Shown here: positions 19,910 through 35,461 of the stretch, piece after piece
Position numbering within the stretch: the stretch's first letter is position 1
How the letters are laid out: every line of letters starts with the position of its first letter
The notes under the pieces: generated by a model
The model's database searches: none
What the model was told of the DNA's origin: nothing
The model's input: only the letters and a program-made list of their open reading frames with translations
Position numbers and translations under genes: made by a program
IMG/VR virus record: IMGVR_UViG_3300045988_124399
Location: 1-49,127 of that record
Length of the DNA: 49,127 bases
Source of the DNA: a virus
Reading direction: 5' to 3' (one strand)

Positions 19910-22900
19910 ATGGCTAAACAATTAAATAGTTATCAAGTTAATTTACAATTTAATGCAAATACTACATAGGCGAAAACGCAATTGCAAGATTTGCAAACGA
20001 CCCTTGATGCTATTATAAAGGAATCTGTGGCGGGAGTCTCTAAAGGAGATTTTAATTTAACTAAAAGATTAAACGAAGCGCAGATAGCAGCATCAAAACT
20101 ACAAACCATTTTAGCTCAAACTACTAATGTAAAAACGGGAAAAATGGATTTAACAAGATTTTCTCAATCTTTAAAATAGAGTAATTTAGATTTAAAAAAG
20201 ATATAGAATAGTTTACTTGAACTTGGACCTTCTGGGCAAAAAGCTTTTATGTCTTTAGCTCAATCTATTGTTGAAGCTGATGTTCCATTAAAAAGAACAA
20301 ATTTATTAGTTTCTGAATTATGGACAACTTTAAAGAATACAGCTCGTTGGTAGATTTCTTCTAGTGCATTGCATGCATTTATGGGTACTATTCAATCTGC
20401 TTATGGATATGCCAAAGATTTAAATGAATCTTTAAATGATATTCGTATTGTTACTGGACACAATATTGAATATATGGATAAATTTGCTGAAAGAGCAAAT
20501 AAAGCGGCGAAAGCATTAAATGCTACTACATTAGATTACACTAATGCTTCTTTAATTTACTATCAATAGGGTTTAAGTGATGAAGAAGTAGAAAAAAGAA
20601 CAGATATTACTGTTAAAATGGCTAATGTCATTAAACAAAATGCTGATATTGTTTCTGATCAATTAACTGCGATTTGGAATAATTTCTATGATGGCTCTGA
20701 CTCTTTAGAACATTATGCTGATGCGATGGTGCGCTTAGGTGCAGATACCGCGTCTAGCTCTGATGAAATTGCTGGTGGTCTTGAAAAATTTGCGGCAGTT
20801 GCTAATACAATTGGTTTAAGTTTTGATAATGCAGCAGCTGCATTGGCTACTATTACTGCTACAACTCGTCAAAGTGAAGATGTAGTAGGTACTTCTTTAA
20901 AGACTATTTTTGCTCGTATTCAAGGTTTAAAATTAGGCGAAACCTTAGAAGATGGCACCACTTTAAATCAGTACTCACAAGCTCTTGCAGCTGTTGGAGT
21001 TAATATTAAAGACTCCAATGGACAATTAAAGGATATGGATATCATTCTTGATGATTTGGGACACAAATGGTCAACAATTAGTAAAGATCAATAGGTAGCT
21101 TTAGCTCAACAAGTAGCTGGTATCCGTCAATACAACCAATTAATTGCTTTAATGGATAATTTTGATTTTTATCAAGAAAATATTCAAAGAGCAAAAGAAG
21201 CAGATGGTTCTTTACAAGAACAAGCTGATATTTATGCTGAAAGTTGGGAAGCTGCTCGTGATCGTGTGCGTGCAGCAGCCGAAAGCATTTATGATGATTT
21301 GATTAATGATAAATTCTTTATTAGTTTGTCTGATGCGATAGCAGGAGCTTTAGATGCTATCGATAAATTGATTAGTTCTATAGGAGGTCTTCCGGGAGTA
21401 ATTGCAGCTCTTGGAATGATATTTACTAAAGTGTTTAAAGTTCAAATGGGCGAGGGCGTTAATAATTTAGTTTTTGGCCTTTAGTCTTTAGTTGGACTTA
21501 CAAAAAAGAGTGCAGTTTCTCTTAAACAAGAAGCTTATAATCGAGCTTCTAATATGGCTTTTGATACTGGTACTGAAGTTGGAGATAGATAGGGAGAATC
21601 ATTAAAATAGACTTTAGACTTAAAGAAAAGAATATATGATATATCTGAAAATATTACAAAAGAGGAAAGACAATAGCTTGAAGGGTTAATTGAAATTAAT
21701 CGAGCTTATAATGAACAGGCTATAAAAGCAGCTCAAAAAAAAGATTAGGCTAGTGAGAATCTTCAAAATACTCGCATGGATCTTAGAGCGCGCATAAGAA
21801 GAAATTCTGCCACTGGAAAAGTAGAAAAAAATTTAAATACTTTTGGAAATGTTCAATAGCAAATGGGTGGAATTATTAAAACTGGTTTGCGAGGAACTAA
21901 AGCTTTAGATAGACTTAATAAAGCATTAAAAGAAGGAAGTCCATTAGGAAAAGCTTTTGAGGGCAGAATAAATACAATTCAGCAGGCTTTAATTAAAGTA
22001 GATAGATCTGAAGCAGCTGAATCTATTGGAAATTTTGTTGAAGAATTAAAAAACGGAACTATAACAGTAGATTAGTTCTTGAAAAAAGTAAATAATGTTG
22101 TCACTAAAGAAAATTTAATGGCTGATGCTACATCCAAAGCGGCAGCTATTCTTGAGGATGACTTTGGTAAAAAAGTTAAAATTAACGGCGAGGAATGTCA
22201 AAAGCTTGCTGAAGATATGACTGAAGTTATTGTAACAACAGATAAATTAAAAACTACTAATAAGCAAGTTGCTGGGTCTTATGAAAAAATAAAAGCTGCA
22301 ATTGAAAATTATAAAAATGCTACTGGAGATTTAGGGTAGAAATTAATTTCTATGGTTAATGGTTTTTCTTCATTGGCTATGGGATTGGCTTCCATTAAGA
22401 GTATTTTTGATACTTTATCTGATGAAGATATGTCATTCTTTGATAAACTTTTATCAGTTAGTATGTCTTTAGGCATGGGTATTTCTATGACCGTTTCTGG
22501 CTTATCTACTATGGCTAAAGCCTATAAAGAATTGGCAGAAGCTAAAACTTTAGATAATATAAAGACTTCGATTAATACTGCTATTACAGAGATTAATAAT
22601 CTGGTAAAAGCTTAGGCGGCCGCCAGAACAGGAACTCAAACAGTAGCTACAGATAGATAGGCATTGGCTGAAAGCAAACTTACAAAAAATATAATATTGT
22701 AGAATGCTGCCTATTTAGTCCGTAATACACAGATGTCTGCAACAGCAGCTTTTGGATTAAGTTTAGCTGGTACTATATTAGCTGTAGTTGCAGCTGCAGC
22801 GGCTTTAGTGCTTATATCTAAAGCAGTTTATAATTCTATTCATAAAGAAGAAATAGCGGCTGAAGCAGCAGCCAAAGCGGCTTCAGATCTTGGTAATGCT

Positions 22901-25900
22901 TATGATGAGTGTCGTGAAAAGTATCAGCAAATGATTGATGAGTTTAATGAATACAAAGATGCTATAGATGCTTTGGATAATTTAACTAAAGGAACTCAAG
23001 AATATCGTGATGCTTTAGACGAGGCTAATCAAAAGGCTTTAGAATTAATTCAAAATAATCCTGATAAATTTAATAAAGATGATTATTATTGGGATGATAA
23101 TAAATTAGTTATTAAAGATACAGCTATGTCTCGTGTAGCTGAAGCTAGTAGACAAGAGACAGCGGATTTATAGGCTGCTTCTGCTATGGCCAATGCCAAT
23201 AATGCTCAGGCATAGGCAAATTTGCAGAAAGAAAATCTTACTGATATTGTTAAGAGTTCTTTGCGTAACACAGGTAATGTAAATAAATCTATTGATGCTT
23301 ATTTAAATAGCGATAGAGTTGCTGTTGATAAAGAAGACTTAAAAGATATTCTTAATCTTGATAATGGTATAGACGATAAGGCTTTAGTTAATGTCCTTTG
23401 GCGCAATATTGATGCTTTAAATGAGTTAAGAAATACTATGGATGGGGTTGAAACCTCTTTTGATCTTGCTAGTAAAACCGCAGCAAGAGCGCAATGGTCT
23501 GGTTCTGGTAAAGAAAATACTAAAGCTGGAAAAATGGCGCTTGAAGGTGGCGGAAGATTATATAATAATCTTTATGCTGAGGGAGAAAATACTGTTAAAG
23601 GTTATTCATTAGACGCTAATTGGGCTGCCTATGAAAAAATGAATAATTTGAATTCTCTAAAAGGATATAAACGTTCTATTAAAAGCGATAAAGTTGAATA
23701 CAGTTATTATGATGAGAATGGTGAAAAGATAACTTAGGAAATCAATAAAGAAGCTATTCAAATCGCGGCCGCAACCCGATATGCTAATGATAGAATTGGA
23801 GAAGCTTTAGATAGCTTATATCAAAATATTGCTAAAGCTAATAAAGATGGCCTTGATAGTGTAGGGAAATATTTATCAACAGAAAATTTTGATAATATGA
23901 CAAAAGGCGAGCTTGAACAATTTTAGGGATTAACTGATGATTAGTTAAAAGAATACGGAATTGATAAACAAGCTATTGAAGAAGCTAAGAAAGTTGTATT
24001 TGATGAAATTGATGGTCTTAATGAAGCTATGAGCGATTAGATCACTGTTGGAGTGAATAAGACTTTAAAAGAAAATATTTAGAATTTTGGCTCTGAAGGT
24101 AAAGATGCCTATATTAGTGCTATCAATCAAATTGGTGAATTTATTGATTGGAATGCTTTGTCTCCAGAATCCTAGGCTGAAGCTTGGAATAAAATTTCTA
24201 ATATTAATTGGTTTGATTTTGATGCTCAACGTCAAGCTGAAACTCTAATTAAAGAAATGGGCGGAGATGTTTCTGTTCTTGGAGATAATTGGGATAAAGC
24301 TTTTAGCTAGATGCGCAAAGCTGGAGATGTCGTTCCAGTATTAACTGATATCAAAGAACGCCTTGATAAAATAGATAATATTACTAAAGATATGAAAATC
24401 GGTAAGATTTTAGAAAAAGAAGATTATGATACTTTAGTAAATTATAATAGTGAATTGGCAAGATATTTTGCTATTTTATCTGATGGGTCTGCTGTTTTTG
24501 TAGGTGATCCTCTTGATTTCCAGTAGATGGTTAAATCCACTAAGTAGGATGAATTAAGTAGAACTATAAATGGATACCAAAATATTATTGATTAGTATTA
24601 TGCGGGGGCTGAAGAACTTAAAAAAGCGGGTGGATTAGATTAGATTCGAGAAGTTGGGTCTGAAAATGTTAATAATCAGTTAGCGTTTTTAAAGACTTAG
24701 AACTATGATGAAACATAGATTTCTGATTGGACTGGTAAGCTTGCTAATTCTAGAGGATAGGATATTGACACTTTAAAAGCTATTGCTGAAGCAGTTAATG
24801 AAGTTGGTAATTCTTTCTTATCTAGCAAAGATAGTATAGAACAATATACAGCAAGTAGTCAATAGGCTATGAATGAATTGGCAATGACCGCCGAAACTGC
24901 TCAAGAAGCAGAAGAAATGCTTAAAAATGGTAGTATCAATGAAATAGCTTATAATATGAGTGCTATATAGCGTATGTCTAGTGAAAAATGGGAAAATTTA
25001 GATTCATCTGAAGTAAATAAATATGCAGATTCTTTAATGAAGACAGCTAAAAGTTCTAAATTATTAAGTGATGAACTTGTAAATAATAAAGAGGCTGCTG
25101 AAGATGTAGCTCTTTACACTATGAAAATGAATAATGGTGTAGAGAAATTGAAAAATGGCTTTAGCGGATGGGCTGACGTATTAACGAAATCTGATTCTGC
25201 TTCACAAGAATATTATGATGCAATGGTTGATATTAAAGATGCCATGTCTGATGTGCTTGGGGTTTCAGAAGAATTTTTAACTGATGAGTTTATTACTAAA
25301 AATTTAACTGATATAGGCAAGGCTGCAGAAGGCGATGCTGATGCTATAGATCGTTTGGCCGCTGCGGCAAGTAAAGATATTCTTTTAAATGTTGATTTTG
25401 TTTAGGATAATAAACAATTACAAGATGTTTTATTATCAATGCATGATAAATTAGCGGCGGAAATTCCAGATATAAAAATTGGTACAACTTTTGAAGGTCA
25501 AGATGATTTAATTAGATAGGCTCAAAACATTATCGGCACAGCAAAAATGACTGCTGAATAGGCAAATGCTTATTTTAGTGCCATGGGTTTTGAAACTAAA
25601 TTTAAAGTTGAACCTCAAAAGATGGAATAGAAAACCCCGGTAGTACGTTCTAGATAGACAATAGTTGGAGCGGGATTTGATGAACACGGAGCTCCCTATT
25701 GGGAAACAACAACAGAAACTTGGAATGATGGATATAGCATTCAAACAGGTTATGTCGATGCTATTGCTATGGCGACCTCTCCTGATGGAACAAAAACTCC
25801 GATTATTGAAAGTATGACTAGTAAGCCTACTGGAATTATGAATAATAGTTCAAAAGCTAATAGAGGTACTACAGGCTCAAGTAAAGGCGGAGGAGGAAAT

Positions 25901-28828
25901 AAAAATAAACCAACCAAGGGAGATTTAACTAAAAAAAGCGATGTTGTTGATCGTTATAAAGAAATTACTGATAGCATCAATGATACCACTCGTGCTTTAG
26001 ATAAGGCTAATAAATCGGCAGATAGACTTTGGGGTAAAGCCCATCTTGATGCGATGGCTAAAAGTAATAAATTAACTTTAAAAGAAATTGATTTATTAAA
26101 ACAAAAGCAAAAAGAGGCTTAGGCTTATCTAAAGACAGATAAAGTTACTTTATAGCAAGCTGCGAAAGAAGCTGGAATTACTTTCACATTTGATGAAGAT
26201 GGTGACATTTCTAATTATACTGATTAGATGACTAAACTTTATAATTAGCTCATAGCTGCTTAGAATAAAGCAAATTCTTTTTCTACAAAAGATGCTCAAG
26301 ACGCTTATAAAGAAGCAACTTTAGATCCGATTCAAGAGAAAATCAATAAGTTGAAAGATGCTATTAAGCAATATGAAGATACAAGAGATTTAGTCGAAGA
26401 ATTAACTGATGATATCCAAGATAAAATAAACGAATGGCAAGATAAAAATTATCAAATGCTTACTTATGAAGTTGAAATAAAGGTTCAATTAGATGAAAAT
26501 GATACTAAAAAATTAGAATATTATTTTGATAAATTAAGTGATAATATTTATAAAGCCGCTGAAGCTCTTGGATATTTACAAGGTCAATTTAATCCAGTAA
26601 TTAGTCAATTAGGAACTTATGAGAATTTCTATAGTCAGTTAAACAATGCTTATTCTAATGGAGAAATTTCTCAAGAAAATTATATCGAAGGCTTACAAGA
26701 CGTGTATGATAATACATTAGATAATTTAAATGCTTTGTAGGATTTAGATAAAGAAATGCTTGAATATTATGGTAATACTATAGATTTAGCAAATGATGAA
26801 TTGTCTAAATATACAGATCATATGGAGCATTTGACTAGTGTATTGGATCATTATCGTTCTATTATTACTTTGTTAGGTAAAGATAAAGATTATGATAAAG
26901 TTTTATCAGTTTTAAATGGAACTGCTTAGACTAAGAAAAATAATTTTGATACTTCTAAACAATGGTATGAAAGCTTGAAGCGTGAACGTGATGCAGCAGC
27001 TGCGGCTTTAGCCAGTTCAACTGATGAGGCTGAGCGCGAAGTGCTTCAAAAGAATTATGATGCTATATTAGCTGCATTCGATGAAGCGGAAGAGGATATG
27101 CTTTCTAAAGCTGAAGAATATGGTGAAGCATTAAAAGAAATTCTTACTATAAAGATGGAACAAGCTGCGGATGAAATGAATAAGCAATTGAGCACTACTA
27201 AAGTAAGTATTAATGGTAATAACTTTAATATTTCCGGTTGGGATGCTTTAAATGATGCTTTGGATAGAATGTCTTCTTATCAAGATGAATACTTAACAAA
27301 AACTAATTAGATTTATGAAATGAATAAACTGCTTAATAATGTTAATTAGGCTATTGATAAGACAAATAATCAAGCAGCTAAAAATAGATACCAGCAATTT
27401 ACTAAAGAAATTGAATAGTTAAGAGATAAAGATAAATTAAGTCAATTAGAATTAGAAATTGCTTAGGCTAAATATAAAGTGCTTGAAGCGCAAATCGCAT
27501 TAGAAGAAGCTCAAAACGCAAAGTCTACAGTTAGATTACAACGTGATAATGAGGGTAATTTTGGTTATGTGTATACCGCGGACCAAGAGAAAGTAAATGA
27601 TGCGCAATAGGCTTTGGCGGACGCGGAAAATGATTTATATAACATTCGCCTTGATGCGACAAATAAATATGGTCAACAAAAACTTCAATATGAGAAAGAG
27701 TTGGCTGACAAACTTGCGGAGCTCGATTAGAAAGCTGCGGAAGATGCCGTTTACCGCGAGACCGCTTATCAGCAAGAACGCGCTTTAGTAATTCAACAAT
27801 ATACTGATTTAATTACTACTGCTGGAAACCTTTATGCGAAAGCGCAAGAAGAGGATAGCAGAGTTGTTCAAGATGCTTGGGTAAATTCTTTTGATATTAT
27901 CAAAGATAATAGTAATAGTTGGAAAGATACTATTACTGAAAACACTAATATTATCAATGATACATTTAAAGAATGGCAAGACAGTATGGATGAAATTAGT
28001 AAAATTGTTGGTGATGATTTAAAAGATACTCAATAGAAAGTTAAAGATGTTACTGATGAAAGTAATAAACTTTATCAAGAAGTATCTAATAAAGTTATCC
28101 CCGCTCTTGAAGGTGAGTTAAGTTCCGTTCGTAGTGCCACTGAAGCTTGGGCACAACATCGTCAGCAATTACTTGATACTATTAGAGCTTATGAAGAGCT
28201 TTTGAACGCTATTCAAGCGACATTGCGCGCTTAGAGCGGATTTGGTAGCGATAGTGGTGGAGACACTGACTGGGCGGCCATGATGGGCACTGTGGCTTAT
28301 GGTTCCGCGCAATATAATCAATATAAAAGAAATCGTGAAGAAAAAATTGCTAATGGTGGTAATATCAATGAAGATACTACGGCTCGAGTTGATGCATATT
28401 ATAAATTGCTAAGTGAAGGAAAAATTTCTGGTAAACTTCCTAATGGTAAATATAGTTTTACTTAGCTTACTGATTAGGAATGGAGAGATTTAGTCGGATT
28501 TAGAAGTGGTGGTTATACTGGCACTTGGAATGATGACGGAAAATTAGCGTTCTTACATTAGAAAGAATTAGTTCTTAATTCTGATGATACAGAAAATATG
28601 TTAGCTTCTATCCAATTAGTTAGATAGATCGCAAAACAATTAGACTTCAATAGTCAACAAATCTCTACTCTTTCTTCTTCTGGATTTACTGTTAGTTCTC
28701 AAGATGGAACATTAGAATAGAATGTTAGAATTGAAGCTAGTTTCCCGAACGCTACTGATAGATACGAAATTCAAGAAGCATTTAATACATTAGTTAATGT
28801 AGCTTCTCAGTATGCCAATAGAAAATAA
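19910..28828 (+). CDS. Tail tape measure protein, 2972 aa (about 60 in-frame TAG)
   Basis: All 15 track ORFs from 19982 to 28280 share frame 2. The only interruptions are TAG, with no TAA/TGA over 8.9 kb. The protein has coiled coils, hydrophobic segments (22350-22830) and a Gly/aromatic C-terminal motif GGYTGTWNDDGK. The stop is TAA. Confidence 0.85.
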
Positions 28829-28834
28829 AATTAA

Positions 28835-28870
28835 GGGTGAAGTCTTATAGGCTTCACCCTTTTTCTTTTT
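28835..28870 (+). terminator. Rho-independent terminator after the tape measure gene
   Basis: GGGTGAAG-TCTTATAG-GCTTCACCC followed by TTTTTCTTTTT. Confidence 0.75.
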
Positions 28871-28943
28871 GGGTAATTATATTGAATAAAACTAATTAAT
28901 TTTTTAGAAAATTATAGAGTAATGAGTAAAAGGAGGGATTATT

Positions 28944-31900
28944 TTGGCTGATAACGCACTAAATATTCAAGAAAGTTTATGTCAAGCAATGAGTATTATT
29001 GCTAATTCAAGTGTTGATAAAGTTAAATTTGATAGTACCATTGAATGTACTATTATTGATGCCATTGACAAACTTATTGGTAAGTATAAGGTTAAAAATG
29101 AATCTTATGCTGAATTTTATGCTTATTCCCAAATAACCACTTATAACAAAGGCGATAAAGTATATGTATAGATCCCAAAAGGAGACTATAATAGCACTAA
29201 ATTTATTGTCGGTAAAAAGACAGATAAAAATGAAGATAAACCATATAATTTTGTCAATCCTTTTAATACTTTTATTGATTTAACTGGCAATTTTTTTATT
29301 GCCAAAGACAATAATAAAGAAGTTTGGAGCATCTTAGCCAATGGTAATGAAGAGGAAATTGAGATTACTCCAAATGGCGGAATTACCTTTACTGATGAGC
29401 AATAGGGATTTACGCGGTTGGGGCTGCGTGTCGATTTCCGTGCCTGGCTTGAAACGCTCGGTGTAGTAAGTGGTAATTATGGATTAAAATTAAATATATA
29501 TGGTATTAAAGATGATACTGCGGACAATATTAAAAAAATAGAAAATAGTATTAAAAATAATGGAGAAATCCCTTTAATTGCATCTATTGATTTAGATACT
29601 AATGATATGTATGGCAATCCTTATAATTTTGAAGGATATTATTCTCAAGAAATTGTTATTGATACTAGTGCAGTAGCTAAAATATATAATATAAAAATAT
29701 TTTTATATCAAAAAGGTAATTTTAAAGATAGTAATAATAATTTAATTAGTTATGCCAATGATTTCAATATGTCAATTCCGCCTAATAATATCTTTGTAAA
29801 AGATATATATATGGGACTAGGTATTTCTGCGGATGAAATAGAAAATGAATATGTAAGATTATATTCATTGGATGGAAGTACTTATGTAATTGACGATAAG
29901 GGTTAGATTGATTCTAAAACTATTAAATTGAAATGGGTTCATTTTGATGAAGATGGCAATAGAACTCAAATAACTGAACATAAAAAAGATGATGCTTTTG
30001 AAGTTCGTTGGTATATGTATGAATTTGGAGCACCGTCCGCGGATGAGTATTCTGGTGTCTATTGGACAACGATTAAAGATAATAAGAATAATTTTTATTA
30101 TTAGTTAAAACCGCGCTCCAATAAAAATCAAGAATAGATCAAAGTCATTATTTTATATAATGGAAAAATTTATAGAAGTAATATAATTACTTTTAATAAT
30201 GAAAAACAAGTTCCTAATGATGCAACTATTGATAGTTTAAATGCTTTATCTATTCATTGTGAAGATTAGACTAATGGTAATTATTTAATTTATAATTAGG
30301 CTAACTACTTAATGAATAGATCAGATGGAAAAATTAGTCGTAAATTAACTTTACATTTTGATTCTAAGACTTATGCTATTAATAATGGTATAATTGGTAA
30401 GAATTAGGATGGAGAAAGTAAATTAGTTGAAGCTTAGAGAGTAATTTGGTAGATTCCTATTAAGAATACCATGCTTAATTTTGGCGTTAAAGATGATGGA
30501 ATTGATGCTACTTACAAAGAAATTATTATTGATTTAACTAATGAAAACGTCAATGTTTCCCCTGGAGAATTTTCTTTAAATTATACTATTAATACTTTTT
30601 ATAGTAGTAATAAATCTAATAATACTGTAATTGCTAAAGTAGAAAAAGATGGTATTGTTTATACCGCCATTAAAGATTTTACTTTTGGATAGGCAGGAAC
30701 TAATGGTACTGACTGTACTTTAGTAATTGATATGATAGCTCATGAGAATTTAAATAATAAAGTATTTACTGCTATAAAGAGTGGGGTAAGAGATAATTAT
30801 ACTTTTAGAGCTTAGTTATATGATAATGAAGGCAAGGAAATTACCAATTTTGAAAAATGTAATTGGACTTGGAGTTTTATGTCTGGATCAAATACTAATA
30901 ATATTGAATTAGGAAATACTGAGAATTAGGACTGTATATTAAGAGTTAATACTACAAATTCTATAATGAATAATTTAATTATTTTATAGGTAAAGTTATC
31001 TGGTTGGGGAGATTACGATTTAACTGCTTATTATCCAGTTCCTATTACAACTTTAGATAATATTTATATAAATGGTCCAACAGAGGTAATCTATTTAAGT
31101 AATGGCGAACCTACATTTTCTAAAGAGCCTTATAAATTATTTATAAATGGTGAAATAGATGAAACTGCGACTTGGAGTATTTATCCCACTGGATCTACTG
31201 ATAAGTTTATTGGGTAGATTAAATATAATGATAAGAAAAAAGAATATAGATTAAGCCCTATGAATTTTTATGTTGATGGTGTAAGCATTTATGGAGTTCA
31301 AGGAAAATAGGGAAGTAATATTGTTTGGAGTCAACCTATTTTAGTCATACAAAATAAATATCCATCAGCAATGGTAAACAAATGGGATGGATAGTTAAAT
31401 ATAGATAGTGATAATAATTTTATCGGCGTTGCTTAGATCGCGGCCGGTAAAAAAGAAAATAATAATACATTTACTGGCGTTTTGATGGGGTCTTTTGGTG
31501 ATAGTAAAGCTGATAGTAGTCTTAGTAAAAATACTGGAGTTTATGGATATTATCAAGGTAAATAGGTTTATGCTTTAAAAGATGATGGAACTGCTACATT
31601 TGGTAAATCTGGGAATGGACGAATTACAATTAATGGAAGTACTAGTTAGATAAAATCTGAAGGATATGATAATGGTAATGGTCTTTTAATTGATTTAAAA
31701 GAAAGCAAAATAGATGGTAAAAGTAATAATTATAGTGCTTTTTTATTAAATAAGTCTAGTCCATATTTAACAATTCAAGATCCTGTTAGTAATACTACTT
31801 TAATGAATGTAGGAGATAATAGTTACTATTTAAAATCTAAAAATTATACCTCAGATGGAACTACAGGAATGTATATAAATTTAAATGATGGTTCTATTAC

Positions 31901-32378
31901 TGCTAATACTGGTAAATTTAAAGGTGATATTATAATTAATTATACTGGTAGCACGGGTGATGGATGGACTTATGGCGATCGAAGTTTAAGTTATATTTTA
32001 AATTAGATTGGAAAAGCAGCTAAAGAAGCTGGTGATCTAGCAGAAAGTTCTATTACATGGACTAAAGATTTAGCACAAGCTTAGAATGATATTGAGTATG
32101 CTTTAAATGGAATTTCAAGTACTGTTAGTATGTTGGATCAATTTTTTGAAATTGGCACTTCTATCGACTCTGAAGGATACGTGCATTATGGACAACGCCC
32201 ATCTTTTGTGAGTCCTCTCGGTGGTTCTGTCGCAGTAGGTTCTGGTGTATAGATTACAGGAGATAGAATTATTATAGGAAATAATCGAAGTTCAGTAAAC
32301 TTTTAGAGTGCTACAATATATATTACTGGAAGTACAACTTTAGAAGAATATATTAGGCAAATCGCTGGCGTTAATTAA
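28944..32378 (+). CDS. Distal-tail / baseplate protein, 1144 aa (TTG start, many TAG)
   Basis: AGGAGGG lies 6 nt before the TTG. ORFs 28944, 29418, 30471 and 31803 share frame 0. The gene is immediately downstream of the tape measure gene. Confidence 0.45.
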
Positions 32379-32403
32379 ATATGATAAAAGGAGAAAAAGG
32401 AAA

Positions 32404-32580
32404 ATGAATGAAAGAGATATTAATTTCTTGAAAATTTTATATAATACTCTCTCTTTAGTATCAACTAAAGGAGAAGATACTATTCTTATGGGAGAATGTT
32501 TAAAACAATTAAGAGATTTTACAAATAGATTAGTAGATCTTCAAGAGGAGAAGAACAACGAAAATAATTAGGAGGGATAA
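32404..32580 (+). CDS. Small 58-aa hypothetical protein
   Basis: AAAGGAGAAAAAGG lies upstream. There is one TAG near the end. The stop is TAA. Confidence 0.3.
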
Positions 32581-32581
32581 A

Positions 32582-35461
32582 ATGGTTAATAAATTATATC
32601 CACCTATTATATCTGGAACTTTACCAGCATTTGTTGGGTAGGAAATTACTATTCCATTTCAAATGAATCGAGCAGTTAGTATGGTAGAAGTTTCAGGATT
32701 GTGCTATATAATTAAAACAGTGTCAAGCAATGTTGTAATTGCTTAGGGGACAACCGCGGATTTTACTCCAAGCAAAGTCCGCGGTTGCTTAGAACAAGGG
32801 TCTATTACCTTCAATATAAATCTTAAATCAATTACTAATAATGGAAAACCTATTCAATATAAATTAAATCCAGGATAGTCTTACAAAATTCAGTTAGCAT
32901 ATATTAATACTAATGGACTGGTCGGATACTATTCTACCGTTGGTATCGCTAAATGCACGACTAAGCCCGCAGTTTATATAAAAGGTTTTGAAGATAATTT
33001 AGTAGGAATAAATAAAACAAATTTTATTGGAGTATATAGCCAAAAAGAAAAAAATGATGATATTACTGAAAAAGTTTATTCATATAGATTTAAAGTATAT
33101 GATGAAAATGGTAATATTTTTGCTGATAGCAGAGAGCAATTACATAATTCAATCAATGACACAGAATTGAATGAAAGTTATGATAGTTTTGAATTAAATA
33201 AAGAATTACAAAAGAATAAAAATTATTTTATTCAATATTCTATAACCACTATCAATAACTATGAAGCAGAGAGTATTCGTTATCAAATTATTAATAGAGA
33301 AACTATTAACCCAGAATTACAAGCAACTCTTTCTGCGATTATGGATGAAAATAATGGATATGTAAGAATTAATTTAAATGGAATTCGCGATAAAAAGACA
33401 GGATTAGAGATTCCCGCAACAGGAGCTTTTGCTTTATTAAGAGCCAGTAGTGAAGATGATTTTAATACTTGGAATACAATATTAAAATTTAAATTAGTTG
33501 GTGAAACTCCTTCAAGAGAATTGTATAAAGATTTTACCGTTGAGCATGGATTCAGTTATCAATATGCAGTTTAGCAGTATAGCGATGAAACCGCGGTCCG
33601 CAGTAATAAAATTTTCTCTAATACGATATATAGTATTTTTGAAGATAGTTTTTTATACAGCAATGGACAGTTATTAAGAATAAGATTTAATCCAAAAGTA
33701 AGTAGTTTTAAAATCAATACTCTTGAAAGTAAAACTGATACTATTGGAAGTCAATATCCTTATATTTTCAGAAATGGAAATACTTATTATCACGAATTTC
33801 CTATAAGTGGTTTAATTTCTCACCTTATGGATGAAGATCATTTGTTTATAGATAAATTGGGCGATGATGAAATTAAAGATTTTACATCAACTGATTTGAC
33901 TAATTATAATATTAATATAGAGCGTCAATTTAAAACTAAGGCTTTAGAATTTTTAACCGATGGAGAACCTAAATTATTTAAGTCTCCAACTGAAGGAAAC
34001 TTTATTGTGCGTTTATTAAATGTAAGTTTAAGTCCAGAAGATAAATTAGGTCGTATGCTTCATACATTTAATGGAACCGCCTATGAAATTGATAAAGTTA
34101 GTTTTGATAATCTTACTACTTATGGATTTATTGATGCGGACCCGCCCGAAAGTGAAATTCTTAAATGGGATAGTGTATCTTTTGATGGATGGTATAAAAT
34201 TAATGGCTATATTGATGATGTAAATACCTATATTGATAACTTAAAAGATGAAAATTTAACTTAGGCAGAAATTAATAAATTACAAGCAAATAAACAAACT
34301 TGTTTAGATAATTTATTACAAACGTTAAGTTTTTATCCTATGTTTGAATTATTATATAATGGAGACCATTATAGCTTATAGACTAAAGATATTTTGGCTA
34401 ATTCCCCTGCAATAACTATTCGATTTGAAGGTTTTGCGCCTGGAGATAAATTTAATGTTGATGGAGAAGAAATTGTTATTGGCATTACAGGAGCTTATTT
34501 AATAGATCACGTAGCTCCTATCCATAGTGTAAAAATAATTGAATTATCCGATGTAGGATTACAACAAGGAACTATTGTATATTCTTATTATGGTAAACAA
34601 GCAAGTAAATTTGATACCATTAGTGATATTCAAGTTGCTGATTTACCTTTAGAACAATATTATGGTACTGAAGGTAATATTTTAAATCTTTATAATGATA
34701 ATTTCAAATATAAAATCACAAAAATTTATTTCTTACGTTTTACGAAGCGCGAAGTATAGAAATTATATACCAATAATAGAATTAATTTTTATATAGCTCC
34801 TGATAGGGCATTGGAAGAGAATAATTATACCATGGAAATTAAACGTGAAGATTTTGATCCAACCTTAATTTATCATGTGTATGTAGTTAAAGAAAATGAA
34901 GAAAGAGATTATTATATTGATGGTTATACTAAAAAGGAAATTTATGATTCAGGTATTTTAGTAGATGAGAAAAATTGGGCCTGTAATATTAGAATAAATG
35001 AAGATAATAAATAGATTATTGGTATAGATCATAAAAATGAATATCAAATAAAAGATTTGACTGATATTACTTCTATTGAAATTGATCCGGGTGTTTTATG
35101 CGAATTGTCAGTACAACGTCAAGAAGTGGTTTATTCTTTTGAAAATGATAACCAAACTACTTATAGAATTTTTAATGGTTAGACTTATACTACAACAACT
35201 ATTTATCAATTAAAGCAAAATTGGTTAAGAGCTAAAAAAGCTTTAAAAGATTTTAAAGAATCAGAACAAGATAAAAGCAATCCTGACTTTTCTAACGATG
35301 ATCCATTCTATAATGTAAATCAAAGTAATATTTAGGATTGTATAAAAAAATACAATAGAAAAGTAGCAGAATTACAAAAGACCATAGACGAAACTTATAC
35401 TCTATTCATTGATACTTTAAGAAAGGCGGTAGAGGATTATGAAGACTCAAAGACAATATGA
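32582..35461 (+). CDS. Tail-associated / baseplate protein, 959 aa (Tal-like by position)
   Basis: ORFs 32582, 33167, 33827, 34394 and 34811 share frame 2 joined through TAG. The TGA at 35459 was verified by codon counting. Confidence 0.45.

Noticed and set aside
19895-19912. TTTTTTG run before the tape measure start as a -1 frameshift slippery site
   Set aside because: It lies in the untranslated leader, after the terminator and before the ATG, so it is not within a translated frame.
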